Source of the DNA: an uncultured Alphaproteobacteria bacterium
GTDB taxonomy: Bacteria; Pseudomonadota; Alphaproteobacteria; Methylaequorales; Methylaequoraceae
DNA length: 60,119 bases
NCBI GenBank assembly: GCA_964484795.1
Contig: CAZAFN010000007.1
Coordinates: forward strand, 1 to 60,119
Reading direction: 5' to 3'
Shown here: positions 11,485 to 21,760 of the stretch, piece by piece
How positions within the stretch are numbered: the first letter of the stretch is position 1
How the letters are laid out: each line of letters begins with the position of its first letter
Notes under the pieces: model-generated
What the model was told of the DNA's origin: nothing
The model's input: only the letters and a program-made list of their open reading frames with translations
The model's database searches: none
Position numbers and translations under genes: made by a program

Positions 11485-12657
11485 ATGGCATTTTATATTT
11501 ATCGCATATTTTCAAATTTTCTTTCGGTTTTCATTATCATTTTTTTTGCTTGGAGATTTCTAAATTCAAAAGAAAATAAAAATAGCATAATTGATAAATT
11601 TACTATCAATCAAAAAGATCGTCCAAAAGGAAAGTTGATTTGGATCAATGCCGTAAGTATTGGTGAGGCAAAATCTGGAATGATAATCGCTGATGAATTA
11701 ATAAAAAAAAACCCTAACATCAATATTCTTTTTAGTACATCCACCCTTTCTTCATTTAAATTGATTTCAAAGCTTAACAAGAGACTTATCTTGATTTATT
11801 CACCTATTGACATCAGTTTTGTTGTCAAAAGATTCATTGATCATTGGAAACCAGATTTAAGTATTTTTCTTGAATCAGAAATTTGGCCTAATATGATTAA
11901 TTACTTAAAAAAAAATAAAATCAACTTAACAATCATAAATGGAAGAATCTCAAACAAGTCCTTCAAAATTTGGAAAAAAATCAGTTTTTTTTCTCAGAAA
12001 ATTTTTAAATCAATAGACATATGTCTGGTACAAGATAGTTTTTCACAACACAGATTTAAGAATCTAGGAACAAAGAATGTTCAATTAATTGGAAATCTCA
12101 AGTTTCTTTCAAAAAAACCAGAAGTTAATCAAAAAGATTTTTTTAGTCTAAAAAAACAATTGATGGGAAAAAGAATCATCACAATGTTTAGCACCCATGA
12201 AAATGAAGAAAAATATCTAATCTATTGTTTAAAACAACTTAAGAAAAAATATAAGAACATTTTCTTTATAATTATACCTAGGCATCTTCATAGAGCTGAA
12301 AAAATCAAATATTCATTAAAAAAACATAATGTCAAATTTGCTCTTCGCTCTATTAATAAATCTTCAATTAAAGAAAAAGAATTTTACATTGTAGATTCCT
12401 TTGGGGAACTTCCTCTTTTTTTCAAACTCTCAGAAATTACCATTGTTGGTGGATCTTTTACAAACAAAGGAGGGCATAATCCTATAGAAACTTCTCATTT
12501 TAAATGTGCTCTAATTTTTGGTCCTTTTATGCAAAATTTCAGCAATATAGAAAAAACAATACTTAAAAAAAACGCTGGATTTAAGGTTAAAAATTCCAAA
12601 CAACTTAGCGATAAAATAACTCTACTTTTGAGTAACAGAAAAAAAAAAATGAAGTAA
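11485..12657 (+). CDS. waaA: 3-deoxy-D-manno-octulosonic acid (Kdo) transferase; C-terminus probably frameshifted (would end at 12737)
   Basis: IWINAVSIGE, ESEIWPN, IIPRH, DSFGEL, GGSF..GGHNPIE; ATG 11485 follows the upstream stop. Confidence 0.92.
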   Translation: MAFYIYRIFSNFLSVFIIIFFAWRFLNSKENKNSIIDKFTINQKDRPKGKLIWINAVSIGEAKSGMIIADELIKKNPNINILFSTSTLSSFKLISKLNKRLILIYSPIDISFVVKRFIDHWKPDLSIFLESEIWPNMINYLKKNKINLTIINGRISNKSFKIWKKISFFSQKIFKSIDICLVQDSFSQHRFKNLGTKNVQLIGNLKFLSKKPEVNQKDFFSLKKQLMGKRIITMFSTHENEEKYLIYCLKQLKKKYKNIFFIIIPRHLHRAEKIKYSLKKHNVKFALRSINKSSIKEKEFYIVDSFGELPLFFKLSEITIVGGSFTNKGGHNPIETSHFKCALIFGPFMQNFSNIEKTILKKNAGFKVKNSKQLSDKITLLLSNRKKKMK

Positions 12658-12740
12658 TAAATAACTTTAAGAAGGTTTGCAAGAATGAGTCAAAAAAAGC
12701 AAGATTGATTTTTAATAACTTACAAAAATTCTTATAAATT

Positions 12741-13715
12741 ATGCTTAAATCCCCAAAATTCTGGCAACAAAAAAATTTTTTAAGTTCTTTTTTCTTGCCT
12801 CTTTCATATATCTTTCACTTATCATATTTAATTTATTTCAAAATAAAAAGAGAAATCAAAATCAATACCCCGGTTCTTTGTGTGGGAAATATTGTTATTG
12901 GTGGTTCCGGGAAAACACCAATAGCAATTAAATTAAGAAAAATACTATCAAAAAAATTTTCTAATATTTTTGTGCTGACTAGGGGTTATAAAGGACTGAA
13001 AAAAGGACCTTTGATAATTAAAAAAAAATCCACTTTCACGGAAGTTGGAGATGAAGGTATTCTTCATAGCCATTTTGGAACAACATGTATGTCAAAAAAC
13101 AAAACACTTGGAGCTGTTTTTTGTGAAAAAAACAAATCTGACTTAATTATAATGGATGATGGTTTGCAAAGTAGAAATGTTAAAAAACAAGTTTCTCTTT
13201 TAGTTGTTGATAGCGAATATGCACTCGGAAATGAAAGGATTTTTCCAGCAGGTCCTCTCAGACAATCTATAAATTTTTCATTAAAACTGTCTGATGCAGT
13301 AATTATAGTTGATAATAGTAATAATTATCTTAAACATAAAGTTTTAAAAGATAAAAAGATCTTTTTTGCGAAAAAAATTATTAAAATAAGAAACTTAAAT
13401 AATCATAAAATTTTTGCATTTTGTGGATTAGGGAATAATAAAAATTTTTTAAATGGTCTAAAAAAATTAAATTATGACGTTAAAAAATTCAAAGGATTCC
13501 CTGATCACCATATATACAAAACCAATGAAATTAAAAAAATAATTAATTATGCTAAATTAAATAAACTCTCAATTGTCTGCACCCAAAAAGATTATTTAAA
13601 AATTCCAGACAAATTTAAAAAAGATATTTATGTAGCCGATCTAGATATACAAATAATTAATGAAAAAAAATTTTTTGATTTCTTAGTTAAAAAATTAAAT
13701 TCTAAAAAAAATTAG
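12741..13715 (+). CDS. lpxK: Tetraacyldisaccharide 4'-kinase
   Basis: VGNIVIGGSGKTP, VGDEG, MDDGLQ, PAGPLR, FPDHH. Confidence 0.94.
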   Translation: MLKSPKFWQQKNFLSSFFLPLSYIFHLSYLIYFKIKREIKINTPVLCVGNIVIGGSGKTPIAIKLRKILSKKFSNIFVLTRGYKGLKKGPLIIKKKSTFTEVGDEGILHSHFGTTCMSKNKTLGAVFCEKNKSDLIIMDDGLQSRNVKKQVSLLVVDSEYALGNERIFPAGPLRQSINFSLKLSDAVIIVDNSNNYLKHKVLKDKKIFFAKKIIKIRNLNNHKIFAFCGLGNNKNFLNGLKKLNYDVKKFKGFPDHHIYKTNEIKKIINYAKLNKLSIVCTQKDYLKIPDKFKKDIYVADLDIQIINEKKFFDFLVKKLNSKKN

Positions 13716-14502
13716 AACTTACCAGAGCCAATGGATCTACTGGTGTATTCAACAAATATGTTCCCCAATGCAAATGAGGTCCCGTTGCTCGACCAGTCAT
13801 ACCAACCAGACCTATTTTTTGTCCTTGTTTCACATCCTGCCCTTCTTCAACATTAATTTCCTTAAGATGAGCAAAAATTGAAATAAGCCCCAAACCGTGA
13901 TCTATTATCAAAGTATTTCCGGTAAAAAACATATCTAGAACTACTGCTTTAACCTTTCCAGAAGATGGGGAAACTATCACTGATCCTTCATTGGTAGCTA
14001 TATCAATTCCATTATGAGGGCTTCTTGGTTTTGAGTTTAGAATTCTTTGACTTCCAAAAAACCCTGATAATCTTCCTTTGGCAGGTAGAATAAAACTTTT
14101 ATCAAATAATTTTTCTTGAAACCCAAGTTTTTTTGATAGCTTTATCTTTTTTTGATCATCTTGAATTTTAGCAATGTCTTTTTTGTTGGGTTGAACTTTA
14201 TTTATAGGTAAACCATCAATTTTTTCTATTTTGTAATTCTTATTTTCTACCTCAATTATTTTTTTTGATCCGTTAAATTCTATTGTAATTTTTTCGTCGA
14301 ATTTTCTGCCAAAAGCATAGATAAATTCTCCATTATCAAAAATTCTTATTTTTTTATTTTCAATCCTTAATTCATCATCTTTGTTGACCAAACCTAAAAT
14401 CAAACCACCTTCACAAAAACATCCATAAATTTTAGGAAAATCCTTTGCTTTAGAAAAAAAAGGTCCGAGAAAGATTAAAGAGAATAAGACAATCCGTTTC
14501 AT
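13702..14502 (-). CDS. M23 family metallopeptidase, exported
   Basis: Signal peptide; HNGIDIA, IDHG, TGPHLHW motifs. Confidence 0.9.
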   Translation of the reverse strand: MKRIVLFSLIFLGPFFSKAKDFPKIYGCFCEGGLILGLVNKDDELRIENKKIRIFDNGEFIYAFGRKFDEKITIEFNGSKKIIEVENKNYKIEKIDGLPINKVQPNKKDIAKIQDDQKKIKLSKKLGFQEKLFDKSFILPAKGRLSGFFGSQRILNSKPRSPHNGIDIATNEGSVIVSPSSGKVKAVVLDMFFTGNTLIIDHGLGLISIFAHLKEINVEEGQDVKQGQKIGLVGMTGRATGPHLHWGTYLLNTPVDPLALVSSNFF

Positions 14503-15839
14503 TTAATTTTTTTGGCTAATGTTTTATTTTTAAAAAACTCTATTTCTAACATATCATTTAATTTCAGATCATTGTCATCTGAAACTAATCTACTCTTGTT
14601 CCTCACAACAGCAAAACCTCTTTTTAACGTATCCTTATAAGATAATATGCTTAACTCTTTTCTTTTGTTAGCTAAATCCTTTTTTTTATTTAATGTAAAA
14701 TTAAATATCTCCTTTTTAATTCTTTCTGTTAAATTCAGCAGTTTTTCTTTGAAATTTTTAATAGAATTGTCTAAGTTTTTCATTTTCAAATCTTTAGTCA
14801 ACTCTACGAATCTAATCTCAGTTTCTGATAATTTACCTCTTAACAAGTTAATTAGTTTTTGTTCTATATAGTCAAGATTCTGAAATTGACTATTTATTTG
14901 AAATGAAAGATCAGGAATTTTGGCATTTAAAATTTTCAAACTGCTAATTTTATTTTCTAAAAAATTCAATGCAATTTTATTTAGACTTAACCTTCTATCA
15001 TTTAGTCTCAAAAGAATTTCTTTCCTATCTGGAACAGCAAGTTCAGCAGCAGCTGAAGGAGTAGGAGCCCTTAAATCAGAAACAAAGTCACACAATGTTA
15101 CATCCGTCTCATGTCCAATAGCTGATATTATAGGAATTCTTGATGCAAAAACTTTTCTTATTAATTCCTCTTCATTGAAAGGCATCAAATCCTCAAGGCT
15201 ACCACCTCCTCTGGCAAGAATTAAAACATCTGGGGTTTGCAGATGATTTGAAGATAACAAATGGTTAAAAAAATCAATCCCACTAATTAAATCACTTAAA
15301 CAATTAACGCCCTGAACTTTTGCCGGATATAAAATAATCTCCGTTGGGAATCTATCAGAAATTCGATGAATTATATCCTTGATCACAGATCCAGTTTCAG
15401 AAGTTATTACTCCAATAATTGAGGGTATGGAAGGTATTTTTTTTTTATGACAAACATCAAACAAGCCCTCATTTGCCATTTTTTTTTTCCTGTCTTCCAA
15501 AATTTTTAGAAGAGCTCCCTCTCCTTGATATTCTGCTTGTTCTGCAATAAGTTGATATTTAGATTGTGGTGAATAAGTAGTTATTTTTCCCTTGATTTTT
15601 ACAAACAGTCCCTCTTCAAGTTTGACATTCAATCTTGCGACATTAGACCTCCAACAAATTGATGAAATGGCACTATCTTCATCTTTTAGTGTAAAATAAA
15701 TATGACCTGATGAATGTTTTTTAATCTGAGAAATTTCTCCAGAAACTGATATAATTTTAAAAGAATCTTCAATTATATTTTGTATGGAATTGTTAAGTTG
15801 AGTTACTGTATATTCAGTTATGTTTGAAAATTTATTCAT
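14499..15839 (-). CDS. xseA: Exodeoxyribonuclease VII large subunit
   Basis: SGHIYFTLKD, ARGGGSLEDL, SAIGHETD, RAPTPSAAAE. Confidence 0.96.
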   Translation of the reverse strand: MNKFSNITEYTVTQLNNSIQNIIEDSFKIISVSGEISQIKKHSSGHIYFTLKDEDSAISSICWRSNVARLNVKLEEGLFVKIKGKITTYSPQSKYQLIAEQAEYQGEGALLKILEDRKKKMANEGLFDVCHKKKIPSIPSIIGVITSETGSVIKDIIHRISDRFPTEIILYPAKVQGVNCLSDLISGIDFFNHLLSSNHLQTPDVLILARGGGSLEDLMPFNEEELIRKVFASRIPIISAIGHETDVTLCDFVSDLRAPTPSAAAELAVPDRKEILLRLNDRRLSLNKIALNFLENKISSLKILNAKIPDLSFQINSQFQNLDYIEQKLINLLRGKLSETEIRFVELTKDLKMKNLDNSIKNFKEKLLNLTERIKKEIFNFTLNKKKDLANKRKELSILSYKDTLKRGFAVVRNKSRLVSDDNDLKLNDMLEIEFFKNKTLAKKIK

Positions 15840-15878
15840 AAAACTTAAAAATATTAAATAGCATAAAAAGGAAAATAA

Positions 15879-17153
15879 TTGTTAAACATTTTAGTGATTG
15901 GTAATGGAGCAAGAGAACATTCAATATGTTGGGCATTAAGAAAGTCTAAAGAATGTGAAAAAATCTTTTGCATTCCTGGAAATGCAGGAATTGAAGAAAT
16001 TGCAATCTGCTCATCACTAAATCTTAATAATAAAAGAAATATTTTTAACTTTTGCAAAAAAAAATCAATCGATTTAGTTGTCATAGGACCAGAACAATAT
16101 TTGGAAGAAGGTCTTAGTGATTATTTGACAAAAAAAGGATTCGTTGTTTTTGGTCCAACCAAAAAAGCTGCTATGCTAGAAACTTCCAAATCTTTTGCAA
16201 AAAAATTCTTAGCTAAAAACAAAATTGCAACGGCTGACTACAAAGAATTTAAAACTTTTGATACCGCAAAAAAATACATTCTAGATGCTTCTTTCCCATT
16301 AGTTGTTAAAGCTGATGGATTAGCTGCAGGTAAGGGTGTGATGATTTGCCAAAATAAAGTTGAAGCTCTTAAGAGCATAGAAGAAATAATGAAAAAAAAA
16401 AAATTTGGTGATGCTGGTAAGAAAGTAATCATAGAAAATTTCTTACAAGGATTTGAAATAAGTTACTTTGCTTTCATTGATAAAAAAACGTTTCTACCAC
16501 TAGGTTATGCATTAGATCATAAGCGAGCTTTTGACAATGACCTTGGACCAAATACAGGCGGAATGGGTTGTTTTACTCCTTCCAAAAGAGTTAATCAAAA
16601 CTTAGAGAGAAAAATTTTAAATCAAATTGTAAAAAAAACCTTCATTGGATTAAAAAAAGAGAAATTTGTTTATAGAGGAATATTATTCATAGGATTAATG
16701 ATTACTAATAAGGGTCCATACGTCATAGAATTCAATGTAAGGTTTGGGGATCCAGAATGTCAAACTTTACTAAGAAATTTGAAAAGTGACATATTAAAAA
16801 TTTTTCTTTCAACAGCAAGAGACGAATTATCTAAAGTTAAAATACAAAAAGAAAATAAATCGGTCGTATGTGTTGTACTAGCTTCAAAAGGTTATCCTAG
16901 TGCTTATGAAAAAAATAAAGAAATCAAAAACATTCAAGAGGCTAAACAAATTTCTGGTGTCGAAATTTTCCATGCTGGAACGAAGAAAAAAAGGTCTAAA
17001 ATTGTATCATCTGGAGGAAGAGTTTTGTCCATTACCTCTAAAGCAGCCGTCATGAAAGTAGCAAGAATTAATGCATACAAAGCGCTAAAAAAAATTAATT
17101 GGTCTTTTGGGTTTTTTAGAAAAGATATTGCTGGTTTGAAGAAAAAGAGGTGA
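15879..17153 (+). CDS. purD: Phosphoribosylamine--glycine ligase
   Basis: GNGAREH, VVKADGLAAGKGV, GPNTGGMG, EFNVRFGDPE. Confidence 0.97.
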   Translation: MLNILVIGNGAREHSICWALRKSKECEKIFCIPGNAGIEEIAICSSLNLNNKRNIFNFCKKKSIDLVVIGPEQYLEEGLSDYLTKKGFVVFGPTKKAAMLETSKSFAKKFLAKNKIATADYKEFKTFDTAKKYILDASFPLVVKADGLAAGKGVMICQNKVEALKSIEEIMKKKKFGDAGKKVIIENFLQGFEISYFAFIDKKTFLPLGYALDHKRAFDNDLGPNTGGMGCFTPSKRVNQNLERKILNQIVKKTFIGLKKEKFVYRGILFIGLMITNKGPYVIEFNVRFGDPECQTLLRNLKSDILKIFLSTARDELSKVKIQKENKSVVCVVLASKGYPSAYEKNKEIKNIQEAKQISGVEIFHAGTKKKRSKIVSSGGRVLSITSKAAVMKVARINAYKALKKINWSFGFFRKDIAGLKKKR

Positions 17154-17597
17154 TTACCTCAAATCTTTGAAAAAATCTTTTACCAATTTTGTGCACGTCT
17201 TTTCTTTAAACCCTCCAAAATATTGATACCCTTTTTGTTCATTGCTATAATTTTTTTTTTTATTCTGATACAACTTAAAGTTTTCTGCATATGCACCAAA
17301 AAATACTTTTTTTATTCCAACTTGATATATTGCTGCCTCACACATTTCACAGGGCTCAAGAGTAAATTATAGAGTAAAATAAATTAACTTTTGTGTTTTT
17401 TTTTTCTTACATGCTTTTCTAATGGCAAGAATTTCTGCATGAGCAGTTGGATCATTATTTTTGATCATAGAGTTTGAAGCATAGGTTACAATATTTCCTT
17501 GATCATCAACTATTACACACCCCACAGGAACCTCACCATTTCTTTTGCATTTATTAGCAAGTTTAATGGCATAATCCATTGGATTTATAATTCGCAT
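17154..17597 (-). pseudogene. tadA: tRNA adenosine(34) deaminase interrupted by one in-frame TAA at 17367-17369 (true lesion or sequence error)
   Basis: EVPVGC, DPTAHAEI and TLEPCEMC lie in one reading frame: ...KLIYFTL*FTLEPCEMC...; the two ORF-track pieces are in frame. Confidence 0.8.
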
Positions 17598-17965
17598 TTT
17601 TCTATCACTACTTTTTCTCCAGATTTAATTTCAATTAATTTTTTTAAATCAAAATCTGTTTTACCCCAAATGTTACATTTATCTGCTAGTCTGATTTCAT
17701 CACCTTTAGAAACTGGGGTTCTTCCAAAACCAATGGCTATTGCCTTTCCTGAAGGCCAAAAAGCAATATCTCCAAAATTTACTACTTCTCTTGCATCATG
17801 TTCTCGTTTTGATGAAACTGAAACATAAAAATAAACCTCTTCTCCCCAGACATTAGCATTTGAAACTATGGGTAAATTTTCCCAAATTTTTTGAGCTGTT
17901 GAAGTACTTGTTAAAGTCACATTTATTTCAAAATTTTTTATACAAATTTTACATTTCCTTTGCAT
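17585..17965 (-). CDS. Cyclophilin-like fold protein (DUF369/TM1367-like)
   Basis: LP...ANVWGEEVYF, GDIAFWPSGKAIAIGFGRTP pattern. Confidence 0.8.
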   Translation of the reverse strand: MQRKCKICIKNFEINVTLTSTSTAQKIWENLPIVSNANVWGEEVYFYVSVSSKREHDAREVVNFGDIAFWPSGKAIAIGFGRTPVSKGDEIRLADKCNIWGKTDFDLKKLIEIKSGEKVVIEKCEL

Positions 17966-18005
17966 ATGCTACTTTAACACTGAACTTTTACTTTTTAAAT
18001 CATTT

Positions 18006-18722
18006 ATGAACAATCCAATAATAGGAATAACCTTAGATGAAGAGAGTTCTAAAACCTATTCTAAATATCCGTGGTATGCTGCTAGAAAAAATTACTCTGA
18101 CTCAATAGAATTAGCTGGTGGAACTTCGATCTTTTTACCTCATAACTTAAAAAAGATTGAAGAATATCTAAACATTATAGACGGACTGTTGGTTACAGGT
18201 GGTGATTTTGATGTGGATCCAAAGCTTTATGGTGAAAAGATAAACAATAAAGCGGTAAAACTAAAAAAGAAAAGGACAGAGTTTGAAATTAAAATTTCAT
18301 CTGAAGCTATAAAAAACAATTTTCCTGTCCTTGGTATTTGTGGGGGACAACAACTTTTGAATGTCGCCTCCGGAGGCAGTCTGATTCAACACATTCCTGA
18401 TAAAATTAATACCAAAATTAACCACGAACAAAAAAAACCAAGAAATCAAGCTAGTCATTATGTTGAAATAAAGAGTGGAACAAAACTATATAAAATAACT
18501 AAAACAAATAGAATGTTTGTTAATTCTGCTCATCATCAAGCTGTTGATAGACTGGGAAAAGGTTTTTTAATAAATGCAATTGCTGATGATGGTGTTATAG
18601 AGGGAATTGAAAACCCTAACTTAAAATTTTGCATTGGCATACAATGGCATCCTGAATTTTTGATTGACAAAAATGATATTGAAATATTTAGATCATTCAT
18701 TAAATCCTCCAAAAAAAGTTGA
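18006..18722 (+). CDS. Peptidase C26 / gamma-glutamyl-gamma-aminobutyrate hydrolase-family glutamine amidotransferase
   Basis: GLLVTGGDFDVDP, LGICGGQQ, VNSAHHQAV, QWHPE. Confidence 0.9.
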   Translation: MNNPIIGITLDEESSKTYSKYPWYAARKNYSDSIELAGGTSIFLPHNLKKIEEYLNIIDGLLVTGGDFDVDPKLYGEKINNKAVKLKKKRTEFEIKISSEAIKNNFPVLGICGGQQLLNVASGGSLIQHIPDKINTKINHEQKKPRNQASHYVEIKSGTKLYKITKTNRMFVNSAHHQAVDRLGKGFLINAIADDGVIEGIENPNLKFCIGIQWHPEFLIDKNDIEIFRSFIKSSKKS

Positions 18723-19471
18723 AAAAAGAATTAATTAGATTATCAAAAGTAATTTCTCATGCTGGAATTTGTTCTAGAAGAGAAGCAGAGAAGAAAATCA
18801 AAAATGGAGAAATTAAAATCAATGGATGTGTTTATAAAAGTTTTACAATTAATAAGCACGATTTAGATCAAGTAAGTATAAACGGAAAAGTTTTAAAAAA
18901 ACAAAGTACAAGGTTGTGGTGCTTTTATAAACCTATAGGTTATGTATCTTCAACAAGAGAACAATTAAAACAAAAAAGCTTTTTCAGATTGATTCCAAAA
19001 GAATTTCCAAGAGTTGTTTCTGTGGGAAGACTGGATATAAATTCTGAAGGACTTATTCTCCTGACAAACAATCCAACACTTTCTTCTTTTTTAGAAAAAC
19101 CAAAAAACAAAATTGAAAGAATTTATGAAGTTGATACTGTGGGGAAGATTTTTCAAAATTTGGAAGAAAAGCTAAGAAATGGAATAATAATTGATGGAAT
19201 AATTTATGACAAAATAGATTTAAAATTTTTAGTAAAAAAAAATAATCGGAATTTATTAGAAATGAAATTAACTGAAGGCAAAAACAGAGAAATAAGAAAA
19301 ATAATGAAAAATTTTAGTCTAACCATTAAAAAACTCAAGAGAATTAAATACGGACCTCTGGCATTAGGATCACTTAAACCAGGAGAAACAAAAGAAATAA
19401 CCAAGAAAAATATTTTTTCTTTTTTTAAATTTGTTAATTTTAAAGATGAGAATAATTTCTGGCAAATATAA
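18719..19471 (+). CDS. rRNA pseudouridine synthase (RsuA/RluB family)
   Basis: N-terminal S4 domain, VGRLDINSEGLILLTN, LTEGKNREIR. Confidence 0.9.
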   Translation: MKKELIRLSKVISHAGICSRREAEKKIKNGEIKINGCVYKSFTINKHDLDQVSINGKVLKKQSTRLWCFYKPIGYVSSTREQLKQKSFFRLIPKEFPRVVSVGRLDINSEGLILLTNNPTLSSFLEKPKNKIERIYEVDTVGKIFQNLEEKLRNGIIIDGIIYDKIDLKFLVKKNNRNLLEMKLTEGKNREIRKIMKNFSLTIKKLKRIKYGPLALGSLKPGETKEITKKNIFSFFKFVNFKDENNFWQI

Positions 19472-20003
19472 AGGGCAACTTTTAATTAAGCCTAAAAATC
19501 GCAATATTCGACCAACTTCTGATAGGGCGAAAGAAACCATATTTAATACATTATCTTCTATATTAATTAACCAAAAATTGTCGTACCAAGATTTAACAAT
19601 TTTAGATTGTTTTTGTGGTTCAGGAGCACTTGGCGTTGAAACAATATCAAGAGGAGCAAGAAAAGTTTACTTCATTGATAATGATTCTGATGCAATTAAC
19701 ATTGCAAAAAAAAATTGTAAACTAATTCAGTCGGAAAAAAAATCAAATTTCTTAACAATGGATCTTGAAAACTTTAAGTCTAGTCCAATAAATGCAGATA
19801 TTTTTTTTTTGGACCCACCATACAACAAATACAACATAGAAGATGTTTTAGATCTAGTTATAGAAAATGGTCTAATTAAACCAAAGAGTTATGGTGTTAT
19901 TGAGTTGCCAAAGAATAACAAACTAACGGACTTAAAAAAATTCACTACTCTAAAAATTAAATTTGTCTCAAATTCATCTTTTTTATTTTTGTTGAAAGAT
20001 TAA
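19446..20003 (+). CDS. rsmD: 16S rRNA m2G966 methyltransferase
   Basis: MRIISGKYKG from ATG 19446, RPTSDRAKE, LDCFCGSGALG, FLDPPY. Confidence 0.92.
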   Translation: MRIISGKYKGQLLIKPKNRNIRPTSDRAKETIFNTLSSILINQKLSYQDLTILDCFCGSGALGVETISRGARKVYFIDNDSDAINIAKKNCKLIQSEKKSNFLTMDLENFKSSPINADIFFLDPPYNKYNIEDVLDLVIENGLIKPKSYGVIELPKNNKLTDLKKFTTLKIKFVSNSSFLFLLKD

Positions 20004-20005
20004 GA

Positions 20006-21760
20006 TTATTTTCTTCCAAACAATTTCTCTATGTCACAAATGTTAAGTTCAACGTACGTTGGTCTTCCGTGATTACATTGCCCAGAGAATGGTGTGTTTT
20101 CCATACGTCTCAAGAGATCATTCATCTCATCCACTTGCATTTCCCTTCCAGCTCTAATTGACCCGTGGCATGACATTGTAGAACATATACTATTAATTTG
20201 TTTTTCAATTGAACTGGAATCATCAAATTCTATCAACTCATTTATTAAATCTTTAGTTAATTCTTTAATATTGCAATCAGATAAAATACCAGGAATTTCT
20301 CTAACTATTACAGAATTTCCTCCAAAAGCTTCCATCTTCAAACCATATCTTTCAGCTATATCAAAACGACCATTCAAACTTGCTAATACAGATTTTTCAA
20401 CATCAATTATTTCTGGAATTAATAAAATTTGTGTTTTAACTTCTTTGTTATAGTAATCGTTTTTTAATTTTTCATAAACAATCCGCTCATGAGCAGCATG
20501 TTGATCAATAATAACTATTCCTTTTTCTGTTTGAGAAAGTATGTAAGTATTGTGAAACTGACTTTTAGCAAAACCTAGAGGGTAAAATTTTGTGTGTTTA
20601 GAATTAGACTTGTTTTCTTGTTCAACTAATTTTTTATCATTTTCATCAAAGTAATCTATAGATTTATTATCTTTTAGTTCCAGGTTTTTTTGAAGATTCG
20701 TATCATTAGAAAATCTTTTAATTGCTCTAGAGGTATTAACAGTACTTGATTTATGACCTACTGAAGAAATAGTATTTTTAAAAGAACTAATTATGTATGA
20801 TCTCAGTTTATTAATATCCTTAAACCTAATTTCGTTCTTCGCTGGATGAACATTAATGTCAATTTCCTCAAACGGGCATTCAATAAAAAGAATTAATTGA
20901 GGAAATCTATCGTACGACATGAAATCTCTGTACGCCAATTTAAAAATTGTGTTGAGAGATTTATCATTAATAATTCTTTTGTTTACAAAAATGAACTGGT
21001 TGTTGGAATTTGAATAATTATAGGTAGGTAGTCCAAGCAATCCAGAAAACAAAAAACTGTCCTTTGTTTTATTTAATTTAATACAGTTTTCAAGAAATTC
21101 TTCACCTAAAATTTGAGAAACTCTATTTGAAAAACTTTCCCCTTTCCGAGAATCATATTTGTTTCCAAGATTAATGATTTGTTTTTGATTAATGAATAAA
21201 TTAAATTCAATTTTGTGGTTTGATATTGCAAATTTTTGAATGATTCTCTTAATTAACAGAGACTCATAGTTTTCCGATTTTAAAAACTTTAATCTAGCTG
21301 GCGTTGAAAAAAATAAGTTCTTTACACTAATAAATGTACCTTTTTTTTGATTTACCGGTTTTACAGATTTAACATTTCCATAAACAATCTTTATTTCTTT
21401 TCCTAATTGATCAGAATTTGTATTAGATCTTATGATCATCTCAGATACAGAAGCTATTGATGGCAAAGCTTCCCCACGAAAACCTAATGTTGAAATTTTC
21501 TCAAGATTACTGGAATTTAATTTTGAAGTTGCATGTCTTTGGAGAGATAATTCTAATTCATCTTCTCTGATTCCATCTCCATTGTCTATTACAGTAATTT
21601 CAGTTCGCCCTCCATCTCGAATAAAAATATCTATTTTTTTTGAATTTGCATCTATACTATTTTCAACAAGTTCTTTAACAGCTGAAACAGGTCTCTCTAA
21701 AACTTCACCAGCAGCAATCTGATTTATCAAATTGTTTGATAAAATTTTAATCTTTTTCAT
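20006..21760 (-). CDS. mutL: DNA mismatch repair endonuclease MutL
   Basis: IAAGEV.ERP, GFRGEAL, DINVHPAK, endonuclease motif DQHAAHERIVYE, CNHGRP. Confidence 0.97.
   Translation of the reverse strand: MKKIKILSNNLINQIAAGEVLERPVSAVKELVENSIDANSKKIDIFIRDGGRTEITVIDNGDGIREDELELSLQRHATSKLNSSNLEKISTLGFRGEALPSIASVSEMIIRSNTNSDQLGKEIKIVYGNVKSVKPVNQKKGTFISVKNLFFSTPARLKFLKSENYESLLIKRIIQKFAISNHKIEFNLFINQKQIINLGNKYDSRKGESFSNRVSQILGEEFLENCIKLNKTKDSFLFSGLLGLPTYNYSNSNNQFIFVNKRIINDKSLNTIFKLAYRDFMSYDRFPQLILFIECPFEEIDINVHPAKNEIRFKDINKLRSYIISSFKNTISSVGHKSSTVNTSRAIKRFSNDTNLQKNLELKDNKSIDYFDENDKKLVEQENKSNSKHTKFYPLGFAKSQFHNTYILSQTEKGIVIIDQHAAHERIVYEKLKNDYYNKEVKTQILLIPEIIDVEKSVLASLNGRFDIAERYGLKMEAFGGNSVIVREIPGILSDCNIKELTKDLINELIEFDDSSSIEKQINSICSTMSCHGSIRAGREMQVDEMNDLLRRMENTPFSGQCNHGRPTYVELNICDIEKLFGRK

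Noticed and set aside
17367-17369. Genome-wide stop-codon reassignment explaining the tadA TAA
   Set aside because: TAA, TAG and TGA all terminate conserved genes at the expected positions throughout the window.
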